From Octopus bimaculoides (lineage: Eukaryota): 52,442 nucleotides of DNA. Positions 13,742 through 25,369 of the stretch are shown here, piece by piece. Both the position numbers and the translations under genes were made by a program. Location: the NCBI RefSeq assembly GCF_001194135.2, contig NC_068989.1, positions 36,114,156 to 36,166,597 on the forward strand, written 5' to 3'. The notes beneath the pieces were generated by a model. That model ran no database searches. It saw only the letters and a list, made by a program, of their open reading frames with translations, and had not been told where the DNA came from. Numbering within the stretch: the first letter of the stretch is position 1; each line of letters starts with the position of its first letter.

Positions 13742-14990
13742 GGTGTCCGGTCAATTCGTCGATGGCAATTTGTCGTCGTTTAATTTGTCCCCAATCAATT
13801 CGTCATCAGTCAGTTCGTCAAGATCATAGGAATTAAAAAAGGTTTATTTTAAGGTTTGCTGTGTTACATATTTATTTTTTCTTAAAATTTAAGATTGTGT
13901 GCAATTGCTTGCAGAAAAATAATTTTGGGGCTTCGATCATATTTTTTCATGACATTTTTTATATACAAGTTCATATCTCTGTATCTTTTCTTTTGGCTTG
14001 GTTCTTCTCCTTGCATAAACTTCTGCAATTTGGTAGTGGCAAACATTTCCTCACATTTAATCACATCAATAAGTTTCCAAATATTTGTATGACTAATATT
14101 CAATGTTTTTCAGTACGCTGTGACAGGATTCTAAACTATTTGCAGTACGAGCAATCCCCGTCATATATCGATCCCAAATATTCCATATAGATAATGAAAA
14201 TGGAGGTTCAAAGTGTCACCACCTCTGTCCTCTTCCTCTAGGTGGTCCCATATAATTATTTTCAAAATAGGATACAATTGACTGTGGAATATCATCATTA
14301 TCTACAAGTTGTTCATATCCATCTACAACATCATCAATCGGCAGGAAAGCAAGGGCAAAAAAGCACCGCATTTTTAGACTAAAACTATCATCTTCGTGAT
14401 ATCTGCATTTTAGTCTTTCTTGCACAACATGCTTGTACACATTTTGTCCTAAATGAAACAAGCAGCATGCCAAATTTGACCCAGGAAACGATTCCAGAAA
14501 TCCATTATGGACTACTTTTTTGAAACCCATAATTATATTATCAGGTCCCTCATTCTACAGAAATTCATTTATTTTGGCAAAAAGTCTACTATATGTGTCT
14601 TGACTTTTGTCAGAGAACAATGCAAACAATAGTGGGGCATTAAAATTATCAATTTGAACGTGAAGTATATATAACTGAAAAAATATACTAGAGCAACACT
14701 TTAATGTCCCATCTGCCACCCTGTTCTTGTGCTATTTTAACTGTCGAAGTGCTTCGTCACTAGCAAATATTAGTATTCGTTTTGAATCTTCCATCCCGTT
14801 GTCATACTGTAAAAACGTTTCATCATTGTCAAGGTATTCACTTGGAATGGAAAACCCAACATTTGTAAGTGGGGTATCAGGATAGTTGGAGGCGTTGTCA
14901 CAAATATCTTCCTCGCTCAATTCGCTTCCTATAGCCTCGTTTCGTCTTTTTTTTTATATCATCCATAAACCGGATGTAACTTTTCACTTC
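13742..14990 (-). mobile_element. Mutator-like (MULE) DNA transposon remnant
   Basis: Minus-strand fragments FLQYDNG..DSKRILIFASDEALRQL; FLESFPGSNLACCLFHLGQNVYK...FALAFLP..DV...YFENNYMG; HTNIWKLIDVIKCEE...FLQAIAHNL are all MULE-transposase-like. Terminal region GGTGTCCGGTCAATTCGTC with reiterated AATTCGTC at 13742-13822. The other end was not found. Confidence 0.85.
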
Positions 14991-16308
14991 CAATAACAGA
15001 GATCAGTCACCGTATTTTTTTCCATACCTGCTAGCTCTGAAGAGCACGCGGTATTTACTTAACCATGCTGTTACCTAACTTCGGGTTTTAAAACCCATAG
15101 CGAAACTGATTGGTAAGATCGGCCGTAATGGATCTATAATACTGTACACTTTGGTTTACATATCTACATCTCTTTCTCTCCTTTCTCTCTCTCTCTCTCT
15201 CTGTATACACACACACGCACACACACATAGTGAGACAGAGGGGGGAAGAACGACAGCCACGGAAGAAGACAAGAGGAAAGGGGACAGATAGATAGATAGA
15301 GAGAGAGGGGGGAGAAAGAGGGAGAGGGATAGAAAGAGAGAGATAGTGAAGGGAGAGAAGCAGACAGATAGACAGACGGAAAGCAAAGCTGTGTATGGAT
15401 GGATATGTACAAACATTGGGGTGAATAGTCAAAACATATCCGTAAAAATTTGTTCATGTGTTTTCTTTGTAACTGATCTTAACTGTTATTAAAACCGTGT
15501 CACACTACGTACGGGGCATGAGTCTGAAACAAAATCAAGACATCTAACATTTGTTGATTAGGCAGTGTATTTAGTGGTCTGGTAAATAAAACAAAAAAGA
15601 AGGAAAAAAAAGGAGGTTGGTGAAAGAATTGGGCGTATTCTTTTGCTCGATTGGAGAGAAAACAACGTATATGTGAAGAAAAATTTTTAGTTATGCAGTG
15701 AGCGATGCTTTCAGTTTTGTCTTGCGAACAAGGTTTCAAGGGATCGAAAAGGCGTGCCGCTAAATTGCTTAAAATTCATGATCCGTTCATTGGCCAAGTT
15801 GCAAATCATCCAGCAGATGCTATAGCGGCCGCTTATGTCAACAACACTTCTGTGCTACTTAAACATATCTATGAACAGAAACGGAAATACACCTTGGAAG
15901 ATATCGGTTTCACAATCAAAAAGTAAACATTTGAGAAGCCCTTCCCTTCCATGCCTGATATTATTTATCCGCTTGAAGCACATGCAACCATGTGGAAACT
16001 TCACTTTAGCGGAAACTCATTCACACCGGCTAAGTCCTTCACTTCAACAGTAATCACCGCTACCAGCTGTCAGAAAAGTTATAGTCACATCTTTCTCCCT
16101 GGAATACAGATACACCGAACAAACTCGGTTTTGTATATGCTAGTTCCATGTGAAACACCTTTAAAAGACATTTGTAGCGAATGTGTACCTATCTAACATG
16201 TACAATCGCCATAACATGAATTCCATTTAAAAACAATGATACACACGCACATACATAAACATATTTCATACACACTCGCACATACACATACGCTCACATA
16301 CACACGCG

Positions 16309-16347
<39 letters not shown>

Positions 16348-17735
16348 TATAAAAACAGAGTTGCACTTGTGTAGCCATAAAAAAAATAGCTTTACCGAAA
16401 TGACCCGAGATGCCACCGTAGTTGGTGCGGAATTAGCAACATAAATAACATCAACAACAATAACAACAAAAGCAAAACCCACATTTACCGCCAGCATCAT
16501 CATTACTATCATCATCAGCAGCACTCTAAACGAGACAAAAGAACTTCTATGTGGTCTCTCGACCTGCTAGAAATAACACCCAATTTCCTTTAAATCACAT
16601 CTTATCGTTTTAAAAAAGACAATCCAAATCTCTCACATCAACATCTCTGATCTGAATATCAATGTAACATTTTTCTAATTATTCAGGCTTAGTCTTGTCC
16701 CCATCGAGGTAGACTATCAATAATTAAGGACACTCATTTCAACTCTTTATCCTTTCTTGGCAATGAATCTCCCTTAACATCAATGATCAAGCCAGACTAC
16801 TATGAGTTGAAGATATTTGATTGAGAATGGTATAGACCAGCCATTTCCGAGGAACTGATGATCCTACCGTAAGGAATCGTAGAAAAAACAGAAAGGGGAG
16901 ACACAGCGAGTCCAGGAAGAAGTTAGAGTGTGACTAGTGAGAATCTTCATGACAATCCAGTCGAATGCCCAGATTACTGAGCAGGTGAATGAAACAATTT
17001 ACCTAGATATGTCCTTCGACGCTTCTCATAATGCCAATACTGCCAACTGGTTCACTTTGCAGTGAGCGTTGAAGCCACACATACAATTAGTACAGATTAA
17101 AACACTTGGAAGGTATCAGTGATACGGGTAAATACGTAACTGGAGAAGCAAATGATACTTTCATGCACAACATGGCTTGCAAGCTCTCTCAGTTCTCAAA
17201 TTCCATGCGCCTCTGCATTGCATATTCTGATTACCTCACCAAACTCTTTTCCTCTGTAACATTTTTCTCGTCACCTCGTACACCACAGTTACGAAGAGCA
17301 AAACTTCCCCTGAACATTCCTAACCAACAAAGCTGCCGTTCCTGGCGATGTTTTCTTTTTCACCCTCCAGCACACCCCCAAAAGGGTGCTCCTACCCTCA
17401 TCAAATCATTCAATATTTCTGTCTTCATAAGGAATCTCTATATATATATGATATATACAGATGCATGCATACATATATTTTTACATATATATGCAAAGAC
17501 ATGAATATTTATGCATTTATACCTATGCAAACACGGGTGTGTCTGAGAAAGTGTACTGTGTCCATACGCGTGTGTGCATACGTGTACTTCTGCGTGTTTG
17601 TATAAGCATACGAGTATGAATATGCATGTATGTGCAAATGTATATGTGAATAATATACTACAATATGTATGAGGATGTGTGCGTATGCATTTGTGTGTGT
17701 GTGTGTGTGTGTATGTGTATATATATATATATATA

Positions 17736-18727
17736 CAAATACCTCTGGTTAAGTCGTTTCGACTTACGTCATTTCAGAAGATACGTCGGTCTTTCTAAAA
17801 TATTAAATGAATATTAAATACAGTATTAATTTACGTCGCCTAGCAAAACAGCAATAACGTTCATACCATAGTGTTGAAATACAGTATGCATCATAAAGAA
17901 TTAAAATTCATTTGAAAACAAAGACATTATTTACAAGTTAGCGGTAATACAACTCAGAACACATGTACTAGTTCAGATGTTTTCTGATACGTAGCATTCG
18001 CGCTCCAGTCGCGAGCTTTGCAAATGTGTTCACGTCGTCAGTGCTGTAAAATTTTGTACAATTATTTTTGTGATTTACATTTAATCTCCCATAGCTCCGA
18101 AGAAGAATCCTAGTGAAAGCGGTAAGCGTAAAGCTTTATTGTTGGAAGATAAAGTAGATATGATAAAACGATATGAAAAGGGTGAAAAGATTGTAGCCAT
18201 AGCAGGATCGTTTGGGGTGAGCCATATGACTGTATCAACGATTGTGAACGATAGAGATAGGATTATGGCAAGATGAAAGATGATGCTCCAGGGATGAAAA
18301 ACACTATCATCAACACGAAAAGAGGACGAATTTATAAAGACATGGAGCATCTTCTTACCCTTTGGGTTGAAAGGCAGAATCGTCAGCAAGCAAATTGTAG
18401 TCAGGAAATAACTCAGGAGAAAGCATTGTCTTTGTTTGAAGATTTGAAAAAGAAATATTCAGATGAGAAAGACGTAGAATTTAAGGCAAGCTAGGGATGG
18501 TTTATGAGGTTTAAGGGGCGGCAGAATTTGCACTCTCTCAAAAAACAAGGTGAAAGCGCATCAGCTGACCACGTTGCTGCAGCGGAATTTCTTGCTACAT
18601 TAGCAAAGATTATTGAAGATAATGGGTTTCTACCCGAAAATTCAATGTTGATGAGACCGGTGTCTACTGGAAGAAATTACCAGACCGTTCTTTCAGATCC
18701 AAAGAAGAGAAAAGAATTCCTGGCTAC
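17736..18727 (+). mobile_element. Tigger/pogo DNA transposon, 5' part with decayed CENP-B-like transposase
   Basis: TA|CAAATACCTCTGGTTAAGTCG terminus. From 18091: (M)APKK...KRKALLLEDKVDMIKRYEKGEK...DMEHLLTLWVERQ...ITQEKALSLFEDLK...FKAS*GWFMRFKGRQNLH...GESASAD...FNVDETG(V)YWKKLPDR. This gives HTH_psq/CENP-B HTH domains plus the first catalytic Asp. Lost ATG, stops and a frameshift; truncated at a (TA)n/N gap. Confidence 0.88.
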
Positions 18728-19129
18728 ATATATATATATATACATCTACACACGCATATATATNNNNNNNNNNNNNNNNNNNNNNNNNNNNNNNNNNNNN
18801 NNNNNNNNNNNNNNNNNNNNNNNNNNNNNNNNNNNNNNNNNNNNNNNNNNNNNNNNNNNNNNNNNNNNNNNNNNNNNNNNNNNNNNNNNNNNNNNNNNNN
18901 NNNNNNNNNNNNNNNNNNNNNNNNNNNNNNNNNNNNNNNNNNNNNNNNNNNNNNNNNNNNNNNNNNNNNNNNNNNNNNNNNNNNNNNNNNNNNNNNNNNN
19001 NNNNNNNNNNNNNNNNNNNNNNNNNNNNNNNNNNNNNNNNNNNNNNNNNNNNNNNNNNNNNNNNNNNNNNNNNNNNNNNNNNNNNNNNNNNNNNNNNNNN
19101 NNNNNNNNNNNNNNNNNNNNNNNNNNNNN

Positions 19130-19232
19130 TATATATGTAGACATACATATACATACATATTCATGTATGCATATACATACATAATATACATACATAAATA
19201 TATCATAGGGAAAGTAATAGAAATGAAACTAA

Positions 19233-19270
<38 letters not shown>

Positions 19271-19387
19271 TATATATACATATATATACATACATCTATA
19301 TACATATATATATATGTAGACATACATATACATACATAATATACATACATAAATATATCATAGTGAAAGTAATAGAAATGAAACTAA

Positions 19388-19431
<44 letters not shown>

Positions 19432-19548
19432 TATATATACATATATATACATACTTCTATATACATATATANNNNNNNNNNACATATACATACATAATAT
19501 ACATACATAAATATATCATAGTGAAAGTAATAGAAATGAAACTAATCT

Positions 19549-19579
<31 letters not shown>

Positions 19580-19590
19580 CACATAGTGAA
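19130..19590. repeat. Three tandem copies of an approximately 155-bp unit (catagtgaaagtaatagaaatgaaactaatct plus (TA)n)
   Basis: Directly visible. A 10-N gap at about 19472 means one copy may be an assembly duplicate. Confidence 0.7.
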
Positions 19591-19599
19591 AGTATTAAT

Positions 19600-19880
19600 A
19601 GTTTTATTATTAAAACTGAAAGTATCTCACATTACGAGGTGTTATTCTTTCACTTTTGATACATAATACTGAAATAGTGTAAGAGATAAGAGATTGCTCC
19701 GGGCTCGCATTAAGCAAGAAATCAAAAAAAAAGTTTGCCCTTGACACTGCATGAACCCTAAGTAAGGCATGTGTAAGATTTGAATGAAATCGGTTGTGTA
19801 GTTTTTGAGTTTCAGTAATGCACACATACAGACAAATAGACAGACACAATTGTCAGTTTTATACATACATATATATATAA
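19600..19880 (-). mobile_element. Possible non-autonomous Helitron 5' segment (Lep1-like layout)
   Basis: Minus strand tataaaactgacaattgtgtctgtctatttgtctgtatgtg...aactacacaaccgatttcattcaaatc resembles insect Lep1-type Helitron 5' ends (from memory). No 3' hairpin/CTAG seen. Confidence 0.4.
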
Positions 19881-19889
19881 CTCTTCGAA

Positions 19890-20005
19890 ACGCTTAGTTT
19901 TAGAATGGCGGCAGCCGATGAAGGAAATGTTCTTTATGTGGCCTGTGTGTTTTCTGTATTCGGTTTATCATTTTGTCTACGTTTTTTTGCTACGTCCTGT
20001 ACCCA
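19890..20005 (+). repeat. Second copy of the 4640-4830 repeat
   Basis: By-eye alignment with the reverse complement of 4640-4830. Confidence 0.55.
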
Positions 20006-20659
20006 GATATGCATCTATATATACATGTAGATGTAGGTATCTATATACATGTACGTATATACGCATATACTCATATATTATTTGTATCATATATATATAT
20101 ATATATATATATATTATTTTATTTTATTCTTTTACTTGTTTCAGTCATTTGACCACTTTTTAGTCGAGGACTCATTCTTTGCAAACCTAGTATTTATTCT
20201 ATCGGTCTCTTTTTGCCGAACCGCTAGATTCGATGTGTTTGACTTGATTTTGGCCATAGATGTGTTTGACTTGATTTTGTGGAACTTTTACGCTCCTGGA
20301 CTCCAACCTACCATGGTTTTTTAGGAAATGAACTTTTTTGACATATATTTTTTTGTTTGAGGGGAGTAAGAAAAATCTTTAAGTCGATTGATATTTTATT
20401 TTATTTAGATTTTTAGTCGCATGACACGCTTTATAATTTTTAGTCGATTGTATTATACCTTCTTGATAGACCGTTCTATATATCCGTATTTTTATTTGCA
20501 TATATATCTTTTACCTTCTGTGTTTTTTATATATGTATTCTCTATATGTTGAAAGGCCATGGTAGTATTTATATATGATCAAATATTTGGAGGCGTGATG
20601 TTATGTATAAAGTCATTGACTCGAATTTGATGTTTGTTCTCTGATCAATATTTGATATA

Positions 20660-20706
<47 letters not shown>

Positions 20707-20708
20707 CA

Positions 20709-20933
20709 CAGTAATCATTCGTCATATCACGGTTCACCTATCGCAGTTCATTATTTAAGCTTACGTCGATTTCTCTGTGGTGTTGTTTTGCATTTTATAA
20801 TAAAATAAATATATACAAATTATAAAAATAATAAAAAAACAATACTGTACGTTACTGTTTCTACTTCGCTAATTTTCACCTATTGCAGTGGGGTGTTTGG
20901 AACGTAAATACTGCGATGGTCGAGGGATTACTG
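20709..20933. mobile_element. Tigger/pogo-type MITE
   Basis: TIRs CAGTAATCATTCGTCATATC / GATGGTCGAGGGATTACTG followed by TA; no coding capacity. Confidence 0.75.
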
Positions 20934-20949
20934 TATATGTACGTACTAA

Positions 20950-20986
<37 letters not shown>

Positions 20987-21150
20987 GTAGATATGTAAAC
21001 CAAAGTGTACAGTATTATAGAAAATTTAAATGTGTGGTATATGCATTTATGTCTGTGCATACATATTAAATATGTACACACACACACATTACACACGCAG
21101 AGATATATATAAAAGTAACGCACATGCACAGAACATCTATCTCTCTCCTC

Positions 21151-21184
<34 letters not shown>

Positions 21185-21694
21185 TCTTCCCCCTCTCTCT
21201 GTATGCACTCATACCTATATACATATATAGTTTTTGTTTTGTTTTAAATATATCCGTTCTACTTGATAAAGACTTCTTGTTCCAATTGTACGAAAAAGAC
21301 AAGTCTCTATATACGAAGTGAACGACACTACATACGTACATACACGTGTGTGTGTGTGTGTGTGTGTGTTGTGATTGTGTGCGTGCGTACATGTGTGTGA
21401 GTGTGTGCGTGTGTGTGCGCGCGCGCGCGCAGAAAGAGAAAGAAAGACAGAAAGAGTGTCTACATATATAAAGAGAATGTCTCTATATAAGTAAGGAGAA
21501 GACTTTTATCTTTATGGTTCGGAAATAAAGAGCCGGGAGTGAAAGGGTCAATGTGTAGCTCGAGTTGACATCAAGGTAATTTCTTGATAATCTAAACCGG
21601 TATTCATTTATCAAAGACTGTGCCGCTTTGATAACATTCTTGGCTTCAAGTCTATTTTAGTACTACATATATGTATGAGTGTTTGGATATGAGT

Positions 21695-21743
<49 letters not shown>

Positions 21744-21965
21744 CTGTGTGTGTATGTAAATATATATATACACACAAACGCATCCTACACACATGAATGT
21801 ATGCATGTGTGCCATATATGCGCGCGTGTGTATCTATGTCTGTGTGTGCGTACATACATGTCGATATGTATGTGTGCGTGTATATATATGTGTGTATGTA
21901 TGTATGTATGTATGTATGTATATATATTATGTACATGTATAAATATATATTATATATATAAACAT

Positions 21966-22452
21966 GGATCTTTCTGATTTGGCGGACACCATTTGTTTTC
22001 TAACGAAACACTTTCAGTCTTTAGACACTGGTAGAATGTGTCATATAAAACATCTTTTACTCTTAGTGTTGTTGAAAAAAGTTTATATTTTTAAAGTTAT
22101 TTCGTGTTAAAGTTGTCGTATTTCGGTAATTTCAACCAACCACTGATGTCTATTGAGGTGAAAACAATTACTGCTGTCAACAACACATTGTGGCGGTGTA
22201 ATGGGATTTTTTCCCTTGAATAAAATTAGTGCCGTTGTTTGTCAACAACAACTATCGGCGGTACTGTTATTTATGACATCGTTCGTGCGTTTGTACTGGT
22301 GTTAGCTTTACCGTTTTAGGGTTAGGGTTCGGGTTTTAGGGTTAGGGTTCGGGTTTTAGGGTTAGGGTTAGGGTTAGGGTTATAAGTATTTTTGCTAAAT
22401 TTGGTGAAAATCTGTTCAATACACCGCCACAAATTTTTCACTAAATTTGGCA
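21966..22452. mobile_element. Non-coding element carrying TTAGGG/TTCGGG repeats, a 13-bp inverted repeat and a terminal hairpin
   Basis: Telomere-like array at about 22315-22382; TTGTGGCGGTGTA (22188-22200) vs TACACCGCCACAA (22420-22432); stem tgctaaatttggtgaaaa / ttttcactaaatttggca (22393-22452). Left boundary is approximate. Confidence 0.55.
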
Positions 22453-24033
22453 TGGAATAGACGCGGAATAGACGCGGAGGTACGAAAAATAAAGTTTGAA
22501 CCTCGAAAAATGAAGGAATGCGAGAAGTTGCTGGAAAGAGACGGAAATACACTGAAGTTAACGCCGCCTGTGGAACTAACAACCAACGCAATGAAAAGAA
22601 CGATGATATATAAGACAATGAAGATAGCAACAAGAACAATAGAAATAGTGACAATAGAGGCTATTGAAGAATGTTTAAAGAATATAAAAAGTCTAACCAC
22701 ATTTATAACAAGAGAGAGAAATACGCTACTGTGGAGGTGCATTTTACATCAGAAGAGGAAGCAATTAAGCACTCCACGGAGACAATAAGAATGGGTACTT
22801 TTGCCATCGTGCTGTAGCAAACGTGTGGCCAGGGTGCGAGTTGGCAAAGTACTCCCAGAGCTGACAGGAATGAGGAGGCCAAGATAATGAAGGCCACAAG
22901 AACCTAGAGAGTTAACTACTGGGGATATGGAATAGGTTAACCATTCAAGCAACAGTGGAAGACCTAAAGAGAATTGTCGAAGAGATAGTGCTGCTCGATG
23001 ACGTAAGATTGAGAGTGGTGGTGGAGGGAAGGCCGCCTATATGTTATACATGTGGGGAAAAGGGCCACATGAAGGTAAGGTGCCCCCAGAGGGAACAACA
23101 GATAGAGTAGACGGAGAGGCATGAGAGCACGGACCAAATGCTATAGGCCGAGATAAAGGAGAAAGCAACTGAGGAGGGGTTCACGGTGTTTAAAAAAAAT
23201 GAGAAGTGGGAGAGTGAGCTCTCCGTCAGAACAGCAGAAAAAGAAGAAAGATGAGATGGAAAAGGAGGAGACCAGAATGAAGGAAGACAAAATGGTGGTG
23301 GAAAAAATGAGCGATAAGGAACATGAAGAAGTGTTCAAGGAGGTGTTGCATAAGGAGGAGACATTGGTGAGGACACCGGTTGATCCAGTGGAGGAGGGAA
23401 GTTTGGAAATGCAACTGGAGAGTCTGCCCAGGGAGGTGGAGGAAAGCAGGAAAGGAGAAAACAAATGAGAAAAGGAAAATTTCAATGGAATTTTGTGACG
23501 TACACTAAAAGCAAAGAAACTGAAAGGAAAATATTAAAGTTTAAACGTATTATAAGAGTTAAGTTGCCGACGAATGTGTATTCCGAGAATGTGAAGGCCG
23601 TCGTGGTTGACAAAGACACCTACAACAGACTAAAATACATGTGTGGAGAAGGGATTGACCCGCCAGGTGTGATGGTAGAGTTCGATGAATTGCCGTTAGT
23701 AGTGAAGCTAAAAGATTTAGAACCTTTCATGAGATATTAAAAAGCAAAAGAAAAGTAAAGCTGTTTTTATTGAAGAAAGAAGGAAAAACGTAAAATTGTT
23801 ACATTTTTAAAAAAGAGGAAAAAACGAGAAAAAACAATAAGATAATAGAACGATTGTAAATAGTTTATATAAACGTTCAAATGGTACTGCATGGCAGTGG
23901 GGCTCATGCAGCCATTTCATTTTTCATTTTTATATAACATCTCATTTTCATTCGTTTTATGTTTTTTGTCCCCACTGTGGTGTCTTTGTAGTGTCCCCTC
24001 TGTGTTGTGGCCGTAGTGCTAAAATAAAGAAAC
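22450..24033 (+). mobile_element. ORF1/gag-like-only non-LTR element (decayed) with CCHC zinc knuckle and about 290-bp 3' UTR
   Basis: Frameshifted ORF pieces run 22447-23740, including IWNRLTIQATVEDLKRIVEEIVLLDDVRLRVVVEGRPPICYTCGEKGHMKVRCP (CX2CX4HX4C), a Glu/Lys-rich stretch and a C-terminal ...VVDKDTYNRLKYMCGEG...FMRY*. No endonuclease or RT follows. Ends TGTCCCCTCTGTGTT-N16-AATAAAGAAA. Confidence 0.7.
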
Positions 24034-24767
24034 ACTGGCGGAGGTTTGCGCTCTCTGAGTGCCCTTGTTTACTTTATTTTTATTTCTATCTTATTTATTT
24101 GATATTTTATAACTTTCATATTTATTTCTATTGTCTTACTTTTTATATTTATTTTATTCTACCTTATTACTTATTTTAATTTACTGTATTTCCTATTATA
24201 TTCAAATTAATCCGTTATCCCTCACGCTCACACATAAATAAAAATAAAATAACCCCATATACTTAGTCTGCCATTATGAACTAAGAGGTCAACATGTAAT
24301 CTTTTATTGTATATCTTTTTCCCTGGTGATATTGTGTTTATACCTTATACATGCAAATTTAAATTATAAATTTGTAATCTATTTAATAAGCACAATTGAA
24401 ACAGCTGTAGGAAGTATGAAGTATCATTTTATAAATAAATAATTATTTACTTTCAATTCTCCATTTTCTTTTCTGCTGTTAAGTGAATACAGATTATATG
24501 CATGATATATACCTATCGATTTAGGGAAATTTTATTTCCCCAAAATATATTTGGTATTGAACCAGTGTTTTCTTGGATGTAATCATCACTTTATGAGGTT
24601 AATATATGCTTTATTTAACTTTTTCACACACACACAAACACACACACACACACAAACACACACATATATCTATATAAAAGAAATAATTCAGATTCAAGTG
24701 AATAAGGTACTTACGTTAATGCACAAAGTTAGTCCGGTATTATCCGCACAGTTCGAAATAAGGTGAA

Positions 24768-25236
24768 TAAAAAGCAAATGAGTAACAAGGATGTCAAGGT
24801 ATTAATGCAATACGGCCGTTTCAGGCGGCTCCATTTAATCGAAACAATGCAAGCATTACATATATTTGAAATACAGCGCCATCTTCGTTGCAAAATACAA
24901 ATTTTCAACGGACCGGGTATATTCTATTATAACTTTTAGCAAATATTTTATCAGAGCCAGAGAAGGAAAGAATTCCATGCTGCTACCAATGTGGCAGAAG
25001 CTTATTCTGCCACATCGGTACCAGCATGGAATACTTTCCTTTTCTGGCTCTGTTAAATATTTGCTAAAAGTTATAATAGAATATACCCGGTCCGTTGAAA
25101 ATTTGTATTTTGCAACTGAAGATGGCGCTTTATTTCAAATATATATTATGCTTGCATTGTTTCGATTAAATGGAGCCGCCTGAAACGGCCGTATTGCATC
25201 AATACCTTGACATCCTTGTTACCTATTTGCTGTTTA
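24768..25236. mobile_element. Near-perfect palindromic (foldback) element, probable MITE
   Basis: 24782-24999 is the reverse complement of 25005-25222 with about 10 differences; 5-nt loop GCTTA. Imperfect extension reaches TA at 24768 and 25236. Confidence 0.9.
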
Positions 25237-25369
25237 TGATATATATAATATATATATATGATGAACACACACACACATATATGAACACATATATGTACTT
25301 ATACATACATGCATACATACATACATACATACATACATACATACATACATACATACATACATACAGATA

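Noticed and set aside
15705-16196. Overlapping 72-81 aa ORFs
   Set aside because: No recognisable domain; possibly an old TE remnant but unsupported.
16854-16890. CTGATGA followed by a TCCT/AGGA hairpin as a hammerhead
   Set aside because: GAAA does not follow the stem, and stems I and III cannot be formed.
17230-17420. Purine-rich minus-strand stretch resembling a second ORF1 fragment
   Set aside because: No intact zinc knuckle or convincing alignment by eye.
22315-22382. True telomere or chromosome fusion site
   Set aside because: Short, one orientation only, interrupted by TTCGGG variants and embedded in a structured repeat.
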